IMG/VR virus record: IMGVR_UViG_3300011336_000299
Span: 1 to 35,466 of that record
Direction: 5' to 3' (one strand)
Origin: a virus
Taxonomy: Duplodnaviria > Caudoviricetes
Length of the DNA stretch: 35,466 nucleotides
This document shows positions 26,983-35,466 of this stretch, piece by piece (positions within the stretch are counted from its first letter, which is position 1; each line of letters starts with the position of its first letter). The notes below the pieces were generated by a model, which saw nothing but the letters and a program-made list of their open reading frames with translations, did no database searches and had not been told where the DNA came from. The position numbers were made by a program, and so were the translations under genes.

Positions 26983-27261
26983 ATGCTAAATATAACATCA
27001 GCAACAGACCACATCAAAAGTTGGGTTAAGAGTTGCGAAACTAACGAGCAAATCGAAACCTGCAAGAATGTATTAGGTTCATTCATTACGCAAAAGCTAT
27101 ACAACATCAGCGAGTTTCAATGCACAGCTATTAAGTGCGAGATAAATGACTTAATTAACATCCAATCGGTATTAATTGCAAGCCGAACAACTAAGCAAGC
27201 ACCTAAGCAAAGACCGCCAAGCGATGACGAACAGCAATTTTTTCAACAAATATTTTCATAA
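26983..27261 (+). CDS. Hypothetical protein
   Basis: 92 aa, WVKSCETNEQIETC. Confidence 0.65.
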   Translation: MLNITSATDHIKSWVKSCETNEQIETCKNVLGSFITQKLYNISEFQCTAIKCEINDLINIQSVLIASRTTKQAPKQRPPSDDEQQFFQQIFS

Positions 27262-27280
27262 CTAAAAAATCAACAAGATC

Positions 27281-27850
27281 ATGACACTTTACAAAAAATT
27301 ACTAGAAATCCAAAAGAAAGTAAATGGATTTAAAAAAGACAAAAAATCATTCGGCTACGATTACGTTAGCGGTTCTAAAGTACTAGAATATATTAAGCCT
27401 TTAATGAATGAATACGGCTTGATTTTAAAGCAAGAAATAACAAGTATAGAGAATACTAGGCAAGACTATCTAAGTGCCAAAGGCGCGCAAAAAAATGAGA
27501 TATTAAGTAAGGTTATGATGCGCTTTACTTGGATAGATTGCGAAACAGAGGAAAAGGATATTAATGAGTTTGGGGCGAATGGTCAGAATGACTGGGAGAA
27601 GGGATTAGGCTCGGCACTTACTTATGCTGAAAGATACTTTTTATTAAAGTTTTTCCATATTGCAACTGATGAAGATGATATAGACAATGCGGACAGAAAA
27701 ACAAGCGCAGGCGTACCTTTAGAAACTGCAATACGACAAGCTGAAACACTTGCAGATTTAACAAAAATATATAATAAATATAAGCCAACTGATAAAAATC
27801 TATTAGACTTAATGAGCGCAAAAAAATTAGAATTCACTTTAAACAAATAA
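27281..27850 (+). CDS. erf: ERF-family single-strand annealing protein
   Basis: LYKKLLEIQ...GYDY...GSALTYAERYFLLKFFHIATDEDDID ERF signature. Confidence 0.9.
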   Translation: MTLYKKLLEIQKKVNGFKKDKKSFGYDYVSGSKVLEYIKPLMNEYGLILKQEITSIENTRQDYLSAKGAQKNEILSKVMMRFTWIDCETEEKDINEFGANGQNDWEKGLGSALTYAERYFLLKFFHIATDEDDIDNADRKTSAGVPLETAIRQAETLADLTKIYNKYKPTDKNLLDLMSAKKLEFTLNK

Positions 27851-27855
27851 ATAAA

Positions 27856-28134
27856 ATGCAAAAAACACAACCAACAACCACAGACAACAACATGATTGCA
27901 GGCGTGAGATTATTCGCCAAGCATCCAAATGCACCAGAATTTGTAATAGCAGATTTGGTACTTACACTTGATGACCTTTACGCTTGGGCAAAAAGTAATC
28001 CTGATACTGTAAGCGAGTATCAAGGTAAGAAGCAGGTTAAGTTGCAGATCCTTCGTAGTAAGGATGGCGCACCTTATGCTAAGTTGAACACCTACAAGCC
28101 AAAGCAAGACACTGCCGAAAGCGTGCCATTCTAA
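27856..28134 (+). CDS. Putative single-stranded DNA-binding protein
   Basis: Follows ERF; small beta-rich, ends in SSB-like tail ...ESVPF. Confidence 0.55.
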   Translation: MQKTQPTTTDNNMIAGVRLFAKHPNAPEFVIADLVLTLDDLYAWAKSNPDTVSEYQGKKQVKLQILRSKDGAPYAKLNTYKPKQDTAESVPF

Positions 28135-28141
28135 AAAAAGT

Positions 28142-28176
28142 TATTCAGTAGCCTAGTTTATCTCGGCTACTGAATA
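28142..28176. terminator. Perfect 12-bp stem-loop (terminator or processing stem)
   Basis: TATTCAGTAGCC / GGCTACTGAATA; A-run upstream would give a T-tract on the minus strand only. Confidence 0.5.
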
Positions 28177-28219
28177 GCTAATATATTAATATACATTTAC
28201 ATTTTAAAAATCAAAAATC

Positions 28220-29353
28220 ATGACAGAAAAAATAATTAAAGACATAGTAGACCATTTGCAAGGAATGGATACTATAAAAAAAATCACAGCTATAAACGAA
28301 TTAAGAGAAGCTATACATAAACAATCACCATTTAAAAATGAGCCAGTTGATTTTGTAAAGTGGGTAAAATCTGAAAATATAGTTGCAAATGACTATAATC
28401 CAAATAAAGTAGCACCACCTGAAATGGAGTTATTAGAAATATCTATTATGAATGATGGATATACTCAGCCAATAGTAACTTGGGAAAATGATGATAAAGG
28501 TAAAATTGAAGTTATTGATGGATTCCATAGAAATAGAGTAGGTAAAGAGTCTAAAATAGTTAGTAAAAGAATAATGGGGTTTTTACCAGTTGTAAATATT
28601 AGGACTGAGCAATCAAATAAAAATGATAGGATTGCATCTACAATTAGACATAATAGAGCAAGAGGTAAACATCAAGTAGATGCTATGAGTGAAATTGTCA
28701 TTGAGTTAAAAAATAGAAATTGGACAAACCAAAGAATAGCTAAACAACTTGGAATGGATGAAGAAGAAGTTTTAAGACTTTGCCAAATATCTGGATTAGA
28801 ACATTTATTTACAGATAGTGATTTTAGCAAATCTTGGGAAAGCTCAGATTATGAAGATGAATTTGAAGTATTAACTGATAATATTAGTAATGATGAAATG
28901 AATATTTATAAAATACCAAATGAGGCAGATGCAAATAGGATTTTTCATACTTATGATAAATGGGAATGCCACAAAGCAGGTTTTTATAACAATAAAAAAG
29001 AAGGTTGGACAGATGAAATGTGCCAAAATGAATATGTAAGAATATTATCTGATACAGAATTATTTTCAGAAATATTAGATAAACTTATAAAAGAATGGAA
29101 GTATTCATGTGAACATTATTTAACAAATAAAAGTATGAATAGAATAGCATGGCTAGGACAAGCTTCTGTATGTTTTTATTCTGGAGTACCTTCAATTTAT
29201 AGCAGTGCATGGAATAAACTTACTGATCAACAGCAATTAAAAGCTAATTTAACTGCTGAAAAGTATTTAAATAAATGGCTTGCTATAAATGGAAGAAATG
29301 AAGTGGACTTAAATGAAGCTTTGCAAATTGGTAGACAAATAGAATTATATTAA
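28220..29353 (+). CDS. ybdM: YbdM/IbrB-like ParB/Srx-domain protein with extra C-terminal domain
   Basis: EPVDFVKWV, NDYNPNKVAPPE, DGYTQPIV, VIDGFHR, STIRHNRARGKH, LGMDEEEVLRL; ~170 aa extension (RIFHTYDKWECHKAGFY...CEHYLTNKSMNRIAWLGQA). Confidence 0.85.
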   Translation: MTEKIIKDIVDHLQGMDTIKKITAINELREAIHKQSPFKNEPVDFVKWVKSENIVANDYNPNKVAPPEMELLEISIMNDGYTQPIVTWENDDKGKIEVIDGFHRNRVGKESKIVSKRIMGFLPVVNIRTEQSNKNDRIASTIRHNRARGKHQVDAMSEIVIELKNRNWTNQRIAKQLGMDEEEVLRLCQISGLEHLFTDSDFSKSWESSDYEDEFEVLTDNISNDEMNIYKIPNEADANRIFHTYDKWECHKAGFYNNKKEGWTDEMCQNEYVRILSDTELFSEILDKLIKEWKYSCEHYLTNKSMNRIAWLGQASVCFYSGVPSIYSSAWNKLTDQQQLKANLTAEKYLNKWLAINGRNEVDLNEALQIGRQIELY

Positions 29354-29371
29354 CCTTTAAATTATAATAAA

Positions 29372-30583
29372 ATGGCAACAAAAAAATATTTAGATATAAA
29401 TGTATTAGAAGCTTCTAAAAATAGAATAAGTAAAGTTTTTGATAGTTTTGAAAATATATACATAAGTTTTAGTGGTGGTAAGGATTCAACAGTAATGACT
29501 CATTTAGTTATGGCTGAAGCTATAAAAAGAAATAGAAAAGTAGCTATATTAATTATAGACCTTGAGGCTCAGTATAAGCAAACAATTGACCATATTAGAG
29601 AAATAGTATCACTTTACAAAGATAATATAGAGTTACATTGGTTTTGTGGAGAATTGCTTTTGAGAAATGCAGTAAGTGATTTCCAACCAAAGTGGGTATG
29701 TTGGGATGAAGATAATAAAAATATTTGGGTTAGGCAAAAGCCAGAGGAAGCCTCAGATTTAAGCCAGTACGATTTTTATTTACCTAAAATGGAATTTGAA
29801 GAATTTATGGTGTTATTTGGTAAATGGTATTCAAAAGGGAAATTAACTGCTGGGTTTATAGGAATTAGAGCAGATGAAAGTTTACACAGATACAGAGCAA
29901 TTGTATCAAATAAGAAAGGTTTAATGTTTAATGGGCATAAATGGAGTACAAAAGTAAGTACTAATTTATTTAATATTTATCCTATATACGATTGGAGAAC
30001 TGAAGATATTTGGATATTCCACTCAAAAAATAAACATCTTTGTCATAATACAATTTATGATATGATGACAATGGCAGGTGTTAAGTTAAGCAATCAAAGG
30101 CTTTGCCAACCATTTGGGGATGACCAAAAAAGAGGATTATGGCTTTACCACATATTAGAAAGTGATACATGGTACAAGTTATTAAACAGAGTATCAGGTG
30201 TAAATTCAGGCACGTTATATATTCAAGAGAGAGGTAGCATAAATGGGTATAATAATATTGATAAACCAAATAATCACACTTGGGAAAGCTATGTAAACTA
30301 CCTTTTAAAATCCCTACCAAACACAATGCGCAAACATTACAAAGAAAGATTTGTAAAGTTTATAGTTGGTTGGAAAAAAAGAGGATATCAGGTAATACCA
30401 GACGAAGCTCCACATGAACTAGAAGTAAAATGTTGGGCTCCATCTTGGAAGAGAATGGCAAGATGTATTTTGCGAAATGATTATTATTGCAAAGGATTAG
30501 GACAAACACAGCCAAAATCAGAAGCTTACGAAAAATATAAATCTATTAAAGAAAAAAGAAAAATAGCATTACAATTAAATTAA
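29372..30583 (+). CDS. ybdN: YbdN/IbrA-like PAPS-reductase-family protein (DUF3440-type)
   Basis: PP-loop ISFSGGKDS, IDLEAQY, GIRADESLHR, YPIYDW, QRLCQPFGDDQ, PSWKRMARCILRNDYYCKGL. Confidence 0.88.
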   Translation: MATKKYLDINVLEASKNRISKVFDSFENIYISFSGGKDSTVMTHLVMAEAIKRNRKVAILIIDLEAQYKQTIDHIREIVSLYKDNIELHWFCGELLLRNAVSDFQPKWVCWDEDNKNIWVRQKPEEASDLSQYDFYLPKMEFEEFMVLFGKWYSKGKLTAGFIGIRADESLHRYRAIVSNKKGLMFNGHKWSTKVSTNLFNIYPIYDWRTEDIWIFHSKNKHLCHNTIYDMMTMAGVKLSNQRLCQPFGDDQKRGLWLYHILESDTWYKLLNRVSGVNSGTLYIQERGSINGYNNIDKPNNHTWESYVNYLLKSLPNTMRKHYKERFVKFIVGWKKRGYQVIPDEAPHELEVKCWAPSWKRMARCILRNDYYCKGLGQTQPKSEAYEKYKSIKEKRKIALQLN

Positions 30584-30585
30584 CT

Positions 30586-30738
30586 ATGTACAAAGAATTA
30601 AAACTAAGCCAAGAAAAAAAGCGAAAGTTACGCATATACAAAAATAAGGTAGTGGATTATCAAATTGAGAGAGTGCCACATCCAACTTTGAAAAATACAT
30701 GGATTGAGAGGCGAAAAGAAAGTGTAAAGTGTAAATAA
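30586..30738 (+). CDS. Small basic hypothetical protein (50 aa)
   Basis: Read by hand: MYKELKLSQEKKRKL...RVPHPTLKNTWIERRKESVKCK*. Confidence 0.55.
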   Translation: MYKELKLSQEKKRKLRIYKNKVVDYQIERVPHPTLKNTWIERRKESVKCK

Positions 30739-30745
30739 AAAGTTG

Positions 30746-30753
30746 TATATTTG
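30746..30753 (+). promoter_or_regulatory. -7 promoter element upstream of primase
   Basis: TATATTTG; no clear TTTG -33. Confidence 0.6.
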
Positions 30754-30757
30754 CAAC

Positions 30758-30845
30758 GTATCTGGTCCATACATAAACAATAATTTTATTGCCCCCATTT
30801 TTAAAGTGAAAGGACCAGCTACACTTTTAATTTGGGGGTTTTTTT
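30758..30845 (+). ncRNA. Two-hairpin leader RNA with complementary loops (kissing-loop candidate B)
   Basis: GTAT-[CTGGTCC 30762-30768]-ATAC; GCCCCCA...AAAGTG-[..GGACCAG 30812-30818..]-CACTTT...TGGGGGT followed by T-tract. Confidence 0.6.
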
Positions 30846-30852
30846 ACTTAAT

Positions 30853-32973
30853 ATGAAGATAAATTTATTTAAAGCAGGAAACCAATCATCAAAACCTATT
30901 CAAGAAATAGAATTTGAAAACTATTTATCCAATGTAAAAAATGGACTTTGGCAAGATGATGTACTTGCATACAGAACAGGTAATTTACAAAAAGAAAAAT
31001 TACCATGTATTACTACAAGTGGCATATTTTCTGAAAGGAAAGAAGATAAAATATTAGAACATTCTGGGTTTATCTGTATTGATTTGGATGCAAAGGACCA
31101 AATAGTTAAGTTTGATATTGATAAAATAAAACAAGATAGCTATGTGTATGCAGTCCATCAATCGGTAAGCGGTTTTGGATATGCAGTATTCTTTAAAATC
31201 AATCCTGAAAAACATAAAGAAAGTTATTTTGGATTAGAAAAGTATTTTTTAGATAATTATAAGTTGATAGTTGATCCTGCACCTAAAAATGTTTGTTCAC
31301 TTAGATTTGTTTCTTATGATCCTGATTTATACCAAAACGAAAAGGCTAAAGTATTTAAACAATACCTAAAAAAAGAAAGTAAAAAAGATATATTCACTTA
31401 TTATCCAACTACGCAAAATGATTTTGACGAAATAGTTAGAGAGGTAACCAATAGAGGTTTAAATTTATGTGATGATTACGAAAATTGGGTAAACTTTTCT
31501 TTTGCATTAGTATCTGAATTTGGGGCAAATGGTAGGAATTATTATCATGCTTTTTCTTGTGCTAGTCAAAAATATACATCGGAGTCCACAGATAAGATGT
31601 ATGATATTGCATTAAAAAGGAATAAAAGTGGAATTTCAATTAAAACAATATACTACCATTGTAAGAATGCAGGTGTTAATATTGTATCTGAAAAAACAAA
31701 GCAAATTGCAACCATTACAAAACTATCAACCACTAAAGAAGAAGCCAAAATTAAGCTGAAAGAATTAGGGATTGATGATAATGGATTAGTTGATAAAATA
31801 AAAAGTGAGGAAAAGGAAAAAACTATACTTGATGAAGTTGTGGACCTTATAAAATTGACAAACATTAAATTTAACGAGATAACTCGTAACTATGAATTTA
31901 ATGGCGAGCAAATGACCGATAGAGTACTGGCTAAATTTTATACTAAAGCATGGAAGTTAATAGATGAAGATATTAGTAAGGATAAAATATTTACATTAAT
32001 TGAAAATCCTGAAAATACAATTACCTACAATCCAATCAAAAACTTTTTTGTAAAAAATGAGCATTTGAAGCCTAAAGGTAATTTTGAATTACTTTGCTCA
32101 TGCTTTGAAGTTGAACACCGAATGATACACGAAAAGCAATCTGTATTAGTACTTGATTACTTAGAGATATTCCTTAAAAAATGGCTATTATCTATTATTG
32201 GTTCAGCACATGGTACGTATTCATTGATGATATTGGTGTTAAATGGTAAGCAAGGGATTAGCAAAACAGAGTTTTTTAGGGGTTTATTGCCCGATGAACT
32301 TCGAGAATATTATGCCGAGTCAAACCTAGATGAAGGGAAAGATAGTGAAATATTGATGACTAAAAAATTACTTATTGTAGATGATGAATTTGGTGGGAAA
32401 AGTAAAAAAGATGCTACCAAATTAAAAAGATTATCAAGCCAGCAAACATTTTCAATTAGAAGACCATACGGTAAAGTAAGCGAAGACTTAAACAGATTGG
32501 CTGTATTAGGTGGAACATCTAATGAAAGTGAGGTAATTAATGACCATACAGGTAACAGGCGTATAATACCCGTAAATGTAGTTAATTTTGATTTGGTTAA
32601 ATATAGATCAATTGATAAAACAGAATTGTTTATGGAGCTTTACCACGAATGGCAAATGGACCGTACATCATGGTTTTTAACTGCAACTGAAATTGAAAAC
32701 TTAAATCTATCTACTATCAATAATCAAGAGGTAATGACAGAAGAAGAAATTATCAATAAAATATTAGTTTTTGATAAATTCCACGAGATGACAAATACAG
32801 AAATACGAATTGCAATCGAAAATAAATATCCATCTGTAAGAACCAGCTCCAAAAGAATTGGAATGGCTTTGAAAAAATGTGGATTTAATCAAGAGGTAAA
32901 ATATGCAGATGGGATTACAAAAAGAGTTTATAATTTAAAGGTAAAAACAGACGATATTCAACCAATTTTTTAA
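30853..32973 (+). CDS. Primase-helicase: BT4734-like N-terminal, PriCT-2 and VirE/VapE-type ATPase domains
   Basis: KEKLPCITTSGIF, HSGFICIDLD, SVSGFG, RFVSYDPD; DYENWVNFSFAL; Walker A-like GKQGISKT, LIVDDE, RRPYG, TGNRR; start moved to ATG 30853 after the leader hairpin. Confidence 0.9.
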   Translation: MKINLFKAGNQSSKPIQEIEFENYLSNVKNGLWQDDVLAYRTGNLQKEKLPCITTSGIFSERKEDKILEHSGFICIDLDAKDQIVKFDIDKIKQDSYVYAVHQSVSGFGYAVFFKINPEKHKESYFGLEKYFLDNYKLIVDPAPKNVCSLRFVSYDPDLYQNEKAKVFKQYLKKESKKDIFTYYPTTQNDFDEIVREVTNRGLNLCDDYENWVNFSFALVSEFGANGRNYYHAFSCASQKYTSESTDKMYDIALKRNKSGISIKTIYYHCKNAGVNIVSEKTKQIATITKLSTTKEEAKIKLKELGIDDNGLVDKIKSEEKEKTILDEVVDLIKLTNIKFNEITRNYEFNGEQMTDRVLAKFYTKAWKLIDEDISKDKIFTLIENPENTITYNPIKNFFVKNEHLKPKGNFELLCSCFEVEHRMIHEKQSVLVLDYLEIFLKKWLLSIIGSAHGTYSLMILVLNGKQGISKTEFFRGLLPDELREYYAESNLDEGKDSEILMTKKLLIVDDEFGGKSKKDATKLKRLSSQQTFSIRRPYGKVSEDLNRLAVLGGTSNESEVINDHTGNRRIIPVNVVNFDLVKYRSIDKTELFMELYHEWQMDRTSWFLTATEIENLNLSTINNQEVMTEEEIINKILVFDKFHEMTNTEIRIAIENKYPSVRTSSKRIGMALKKCGFNQEVKYADGITKRVYNLKVKTDDIQPIF

Positions 32974-33288
32974 ATAATTGATAATCAACATAATACATAT
33001 TACAAACATTACACATCATTACAGATTATTACAGATTAAAAAAAATCTGTAAGACGCACTACCATTGACTATTAGCTATATTATTACACATATTACACAT
33101 TTATACATAATTATAACTTAGTATAGAAAAAAATAAAAAAAAAATAAAAAAAAATTATTTACGTAGTAGGTTTCAAATATTGTAAAATAATCTGTAATCT
33201 GTAAGAAATACATAAAAAAATCAACCAAACCCAATACCACACTGCATTACAGATTATTACAGATTATTACAGATAAAAATTATAAAAA
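32974..33288. other. Putative replication origin with ATTACA(GATT) iterons
   Basis: ATTACA at 32999, 33008, 33018, 33028, 33083, 33092, 33246, 33256, 33266; inverted AATCTGTAA at 33044, 33189, 33196; central A-tract 33127-33154; between primase and helicase. Confidence 0.7.
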
Positions 33289-34791
33289 ATGCTTAGAAAT
33301 TACCAAATAGAAATAAAAAACAAGGTTCAAAACATTGAATTTAGGAAAAACATTTTACAGATGCCAACTGGTAGCGGTAAGACTTTTACATTTATTGAGA
33401 TTGCAAAGGACCATTTCACAGAAACGACAGAAAGGATTTTAATATTGGTCCATCGTACAGAATTATTGGAGCAAGCCAGAAAATCATTAGGCGAAAAATG
33501 CTTTATTATTAGTGCAGGGGTTAAAACCATTCCACATAATTTCGATTATTATATTGGGATGATAGAAACAACGTATAAACGTATCAAAATGCTACCAAAA
33601 TTTGGGTTAATTATAATAGATGAATGCCACTTTGGTTCATTTAAAAAATTGCCTTATTTTGGCTTAGAATACGAAGAAAAAATATTAGGAGTTACAGCAA
33701 CACCAATTGCAGAAACACCACTGGCTAATTATTACGATAACTTGATATTAGGTCCAAGTGTAGAAACTTTAATAAATGATGAATATCTATTGAATTGTGA
33801 TGTTTACGGTTTTGCATCTGATTTAGTAAGTAAAGAAAAATGGAAAGTAAAGAAAGGTGAATTTGATGAAAAGCAAATGGAAGATTTTTATTCATCTGAA
33901 AAAATGGTTAAGAATGTTGTAAATGCATATTGGGAAAAGTCAGCAGGTAAAAAAACATTGATATTCAATGTAAATCTAAAACATAATGAATGTGTAAGGA
34001 ATGCATTTGAACTTGAAGGATTAGAGGTTAGAACAATATCAAGCGAAACAGATAAAAACGAAAGAAAAGAAACAATAAATTGGTTCAAAACAAATAAACA
34101 TGCTATACTGTGCAATGTTGGAGTATTGACTACTGGATTTGATGAGCCAAGTATAGAAACAATAATTTTAAATAGAGCTACCAAAAGCCTATCATTATAT
34201 TTGCAAATGGTGGGGCGTGGTTCGAGATTATATGAAGGTAAAGAAAAGTTTTTGGTATTAGATTTAGGAAAAAATACCACTAGGCATGGAGCTTATACAG
34301 ATTACTTTGATTGGGAAAATTATTTTAAACATGGCGCAAAATTAAATGATGGTAAAAAAGGTTCTGGGGTAGCACCTGTTAAAGAATGCCCTGAATGCCA
34401 TTATTTGCAACACACTAGAAAATTAGTTTGCGCAAGTTGTGGGCATGACTTTGAGGATGAACAAAAAAAGCAAGAACAAGAAGAAAAGGAACAAAAGTTA
34501 GTATTATTAATAAGCACAAAACCTATTGAATTGCCAATAGATAGATTATTGACTATGGCAAAAGATAGAAATTGGAAGCCATTTGCAGTACTGCATAAAA
34601 TTGCAGAACATCTGGTTAATTATTATACTAAACATAATCAAATAGATGGATTAAAAGACCTTATTTATTTAGAAATGACAAAAGAAACTGAAAAATGGTG
34701 TAAAGAATACAACAAACAATTTAACACATGGATGAAAAATATATCCATTGAAATTTTAGAAGGTAAATTAAAATTTATTACAAATGAATAG
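33289..34791 (+). CDS. SF2 DExH helicase (RadD/YejH-like) with zinc ribbon
   Basis: MLRNYQ, MPTGSGKT, IIDECH, TATP, LTTGFD, QMVGRGSR, KECPEC...CASC. Confidence 0.92.
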   Translation: MLRNYQIEIKNKVQNIEFRKNILQMPTGSGKTFTFIEIAKDHFTETTERILILVHRTELLEQARKSLGEKCFIISAGVKTIPHNFDYYIGMIETTYKRIKMLPKFGLIIIDECHFGSFKKLPYFGLEYEEKILGVTATPIAETPLANYYDNLILGPSVETLINDEYLLNCDVYGFASDLVSKEKWKVKKGEFDEKQMEDFYSSEKMVKNVVNAYWEKSAGKKTLIFNVNLKHNECVRNAFELEGLEVRTISSETDKNERKETINWFKTNKHAILCNVGVLTTGFDEPSIETIILNRATKSLSLYLQMVGRGSRLYEGKEKFLVLDLGKNTTRHGAYTDYFDWENYFKHGAKLNDGKKGSGVAPVKECPECHYLQHTRKLVCASCGHDFEDEQKKQEQEEKEQKLVLLISTKPIELPIDRLLTMAKDRNWKPFAVLHKIAEHLVNYYTKHNQIDGLKDLIYLEMTKETEKWCKEYNKQFNTWMKNISIEILEGKLKFITNE

Positions 34792-35122
34792 AGAAGAAGA
34801 TATTTTGCAAGCCGAGATAGTAACATGGTATTCTTTAGAATATGGAAAAGCACACAATAAATGTTTGTTCCATTGCAACAACAAAGCAAAGAATGCTATT
34901 GAAGGAAATAGGATGAAAGCTATGGGTGTTAAGACTGGCGTTTCGGACCTTATATTAGTTGCAAAAGGTAATGTTATATTTGTGGAATTAAAAACGCAAA
35001 AAGGCAAACAAGATCCTGAGCAGGTTATATTTGAAAATCAAGTGAAAGCATTAGGCAATACTTATGTAATTATTAGAAGTTTAGATGAATTTAAAAGTAT
35101 TTGTAAAAAGTATTATGAATGA
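34784..35122 (+). CDS. VRR-NUC domain nuclease
   Basis: EDILQ, MGVKTGVSDLI, FVELK, QDPEQ, IIRSLDEF. Confidence 0.85.
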   Translation: MNREEDILQAEIVTWYSLEYGKAHNKCLFHCNNKAKNAIEGNRMKAMGVKTGVSDLILVAKGNVIFVELKTQKGKQDPEQVIFENQVKALGNTYVIIRSLDEFKSICKKYYE

Positions 35123-35348
35123 GCTTATCAAAAAAATGGAAGCTAACGGCTACTATGTTATAAAATTGGCTAAAACTAATAAAGCTGGAATAGGTGATTT
35201 GCTTTGCTTAAAAAAGGATGAGCCACCATTTTTTATTGAAGTGAAAACTGATAAGGGCGTAGTAAGTCCATTGCAGTTATACCGACAAAAGGAATTACGA
35301 GAATTAGGCTTTAAAAGTATTATTGTAAAAAATATTTTAGAGATATAA
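35115..35348 (+). CDS. Second VRR-NUC, 5'-altered and possibly degenerate paralogue of 1328-1579
   Basis: MNELIKKMEANG replaces MKEQQIQSKVIKKMEANG; GIGDL replaces GIPDL; 3' half protein-identical. Confidence 0.65.
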   Translation: MNELIKKMEANGYYVIKLAKTNKAGIGDLLCLKKDEPPFFIEVKTDKGVVSPLQLYRQKELRELGFKSIIVKNILEI

Positions 35349-35466
35349 AAAGTATTATTATATTTGCTATCAAATCGGATTGCACCCGAGTTAAAAAAAT
35401 TGAAGCCACAATGATTAAAGTAGTGCAATTGCTTTTTTCACTTGTGGCTTTGCTATTTAAAAAATT
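35340..35466. repeat. 127-bp exact repeat of 1571-1697 (circularisation overlap)
   Basis: Exact match ending at the last base of the window. Confidence 0.95.

Noticed and set aside
29372-30583. cysH auxiliary metabolic gene for sulfate assimilation
   Set aside because: Length, DUF3440-type C-terminus and the ParB partner match YbdN/IbrA rather than CysH; the CysH C-terminal ECGLH motif is absent.
33246-33275. CRISPR array or mini-array
   Set aside because: The units are 10-bp tandem repeats without unique spacers, and there are no cas genes.
1384-35428. All minus-strand ORFs in the track (e.g. 13526-14257, 33888-34280, 1384-1659)
   Set aside because: They are antisense shadows of well-supported plus-strand genes, with no recognisable motifs or initiation context.
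35340-35466. Biological direct terminal repeat
   Set aside because: The partner copy is internal (1571-1697) and the exact length of 127 matches a common assembler k-mer, so it is better explained as an assembly overlap.
1-35466. Temperate lifestyle or alternative genetic code
   Set aside because: No integrase or repressor module was recognised, and ORFs tile densely under the standard code with TAA, TAG and TGA all used as stops.

Overview
Near-complete genome of a small, AT-rich, long-tailed (siphovirus-type) dsDNA phage, with all credible genes on the + strand. The host is probably a Bacteroidota bacterium: promoters match TTTG-N19-21-TAnnTTTG, there are no Shine-Dalgarno motifs, and the primase is BT4734/VirE-type. 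The last 127 nt (35340-35466) exactly repeat 1571-1697. This implies a ~33.8 kb circle (1571-35339) plus a 1.57 kb arm (1-1570) that carries an alternative SNF2 helicase/VRR-NUC allele. Modules in order: small accessory genes (including a stand-alone DnaA domain IV protein, a HExxH peptidase and a metallophosphoesterase); packaging; tail genes placed before head genes, with a probable -1 frameshifted tail chaperone; lysis (holin-like gene, M15 endolysin); early genes (ERF, putative SSB); a YbdM/YbdN (ParB + PAPS-reductase-like) pair; primase-helicase; an iteron-rich putative origin; an SF2 helicase and VRR-NUC genes. I recognised no integrase, repressor, DNA polymerase or tRNA. The most notable unexplained structures are (1) a 470-bp integron-like single-gene cassette with an attC-like hairpin and a reconstructable empty target site (2657-3150), (2) three promoter-proximal two-hairpin RNAs with complementary 'kissing' loops (1604-1685, 30758-30845, minus strand 26949-26888), and (3) the ParB/PAPS-reductase pair as a candidate DNA modification system. 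All calls come from reading motifs by eye; no database searches were run.
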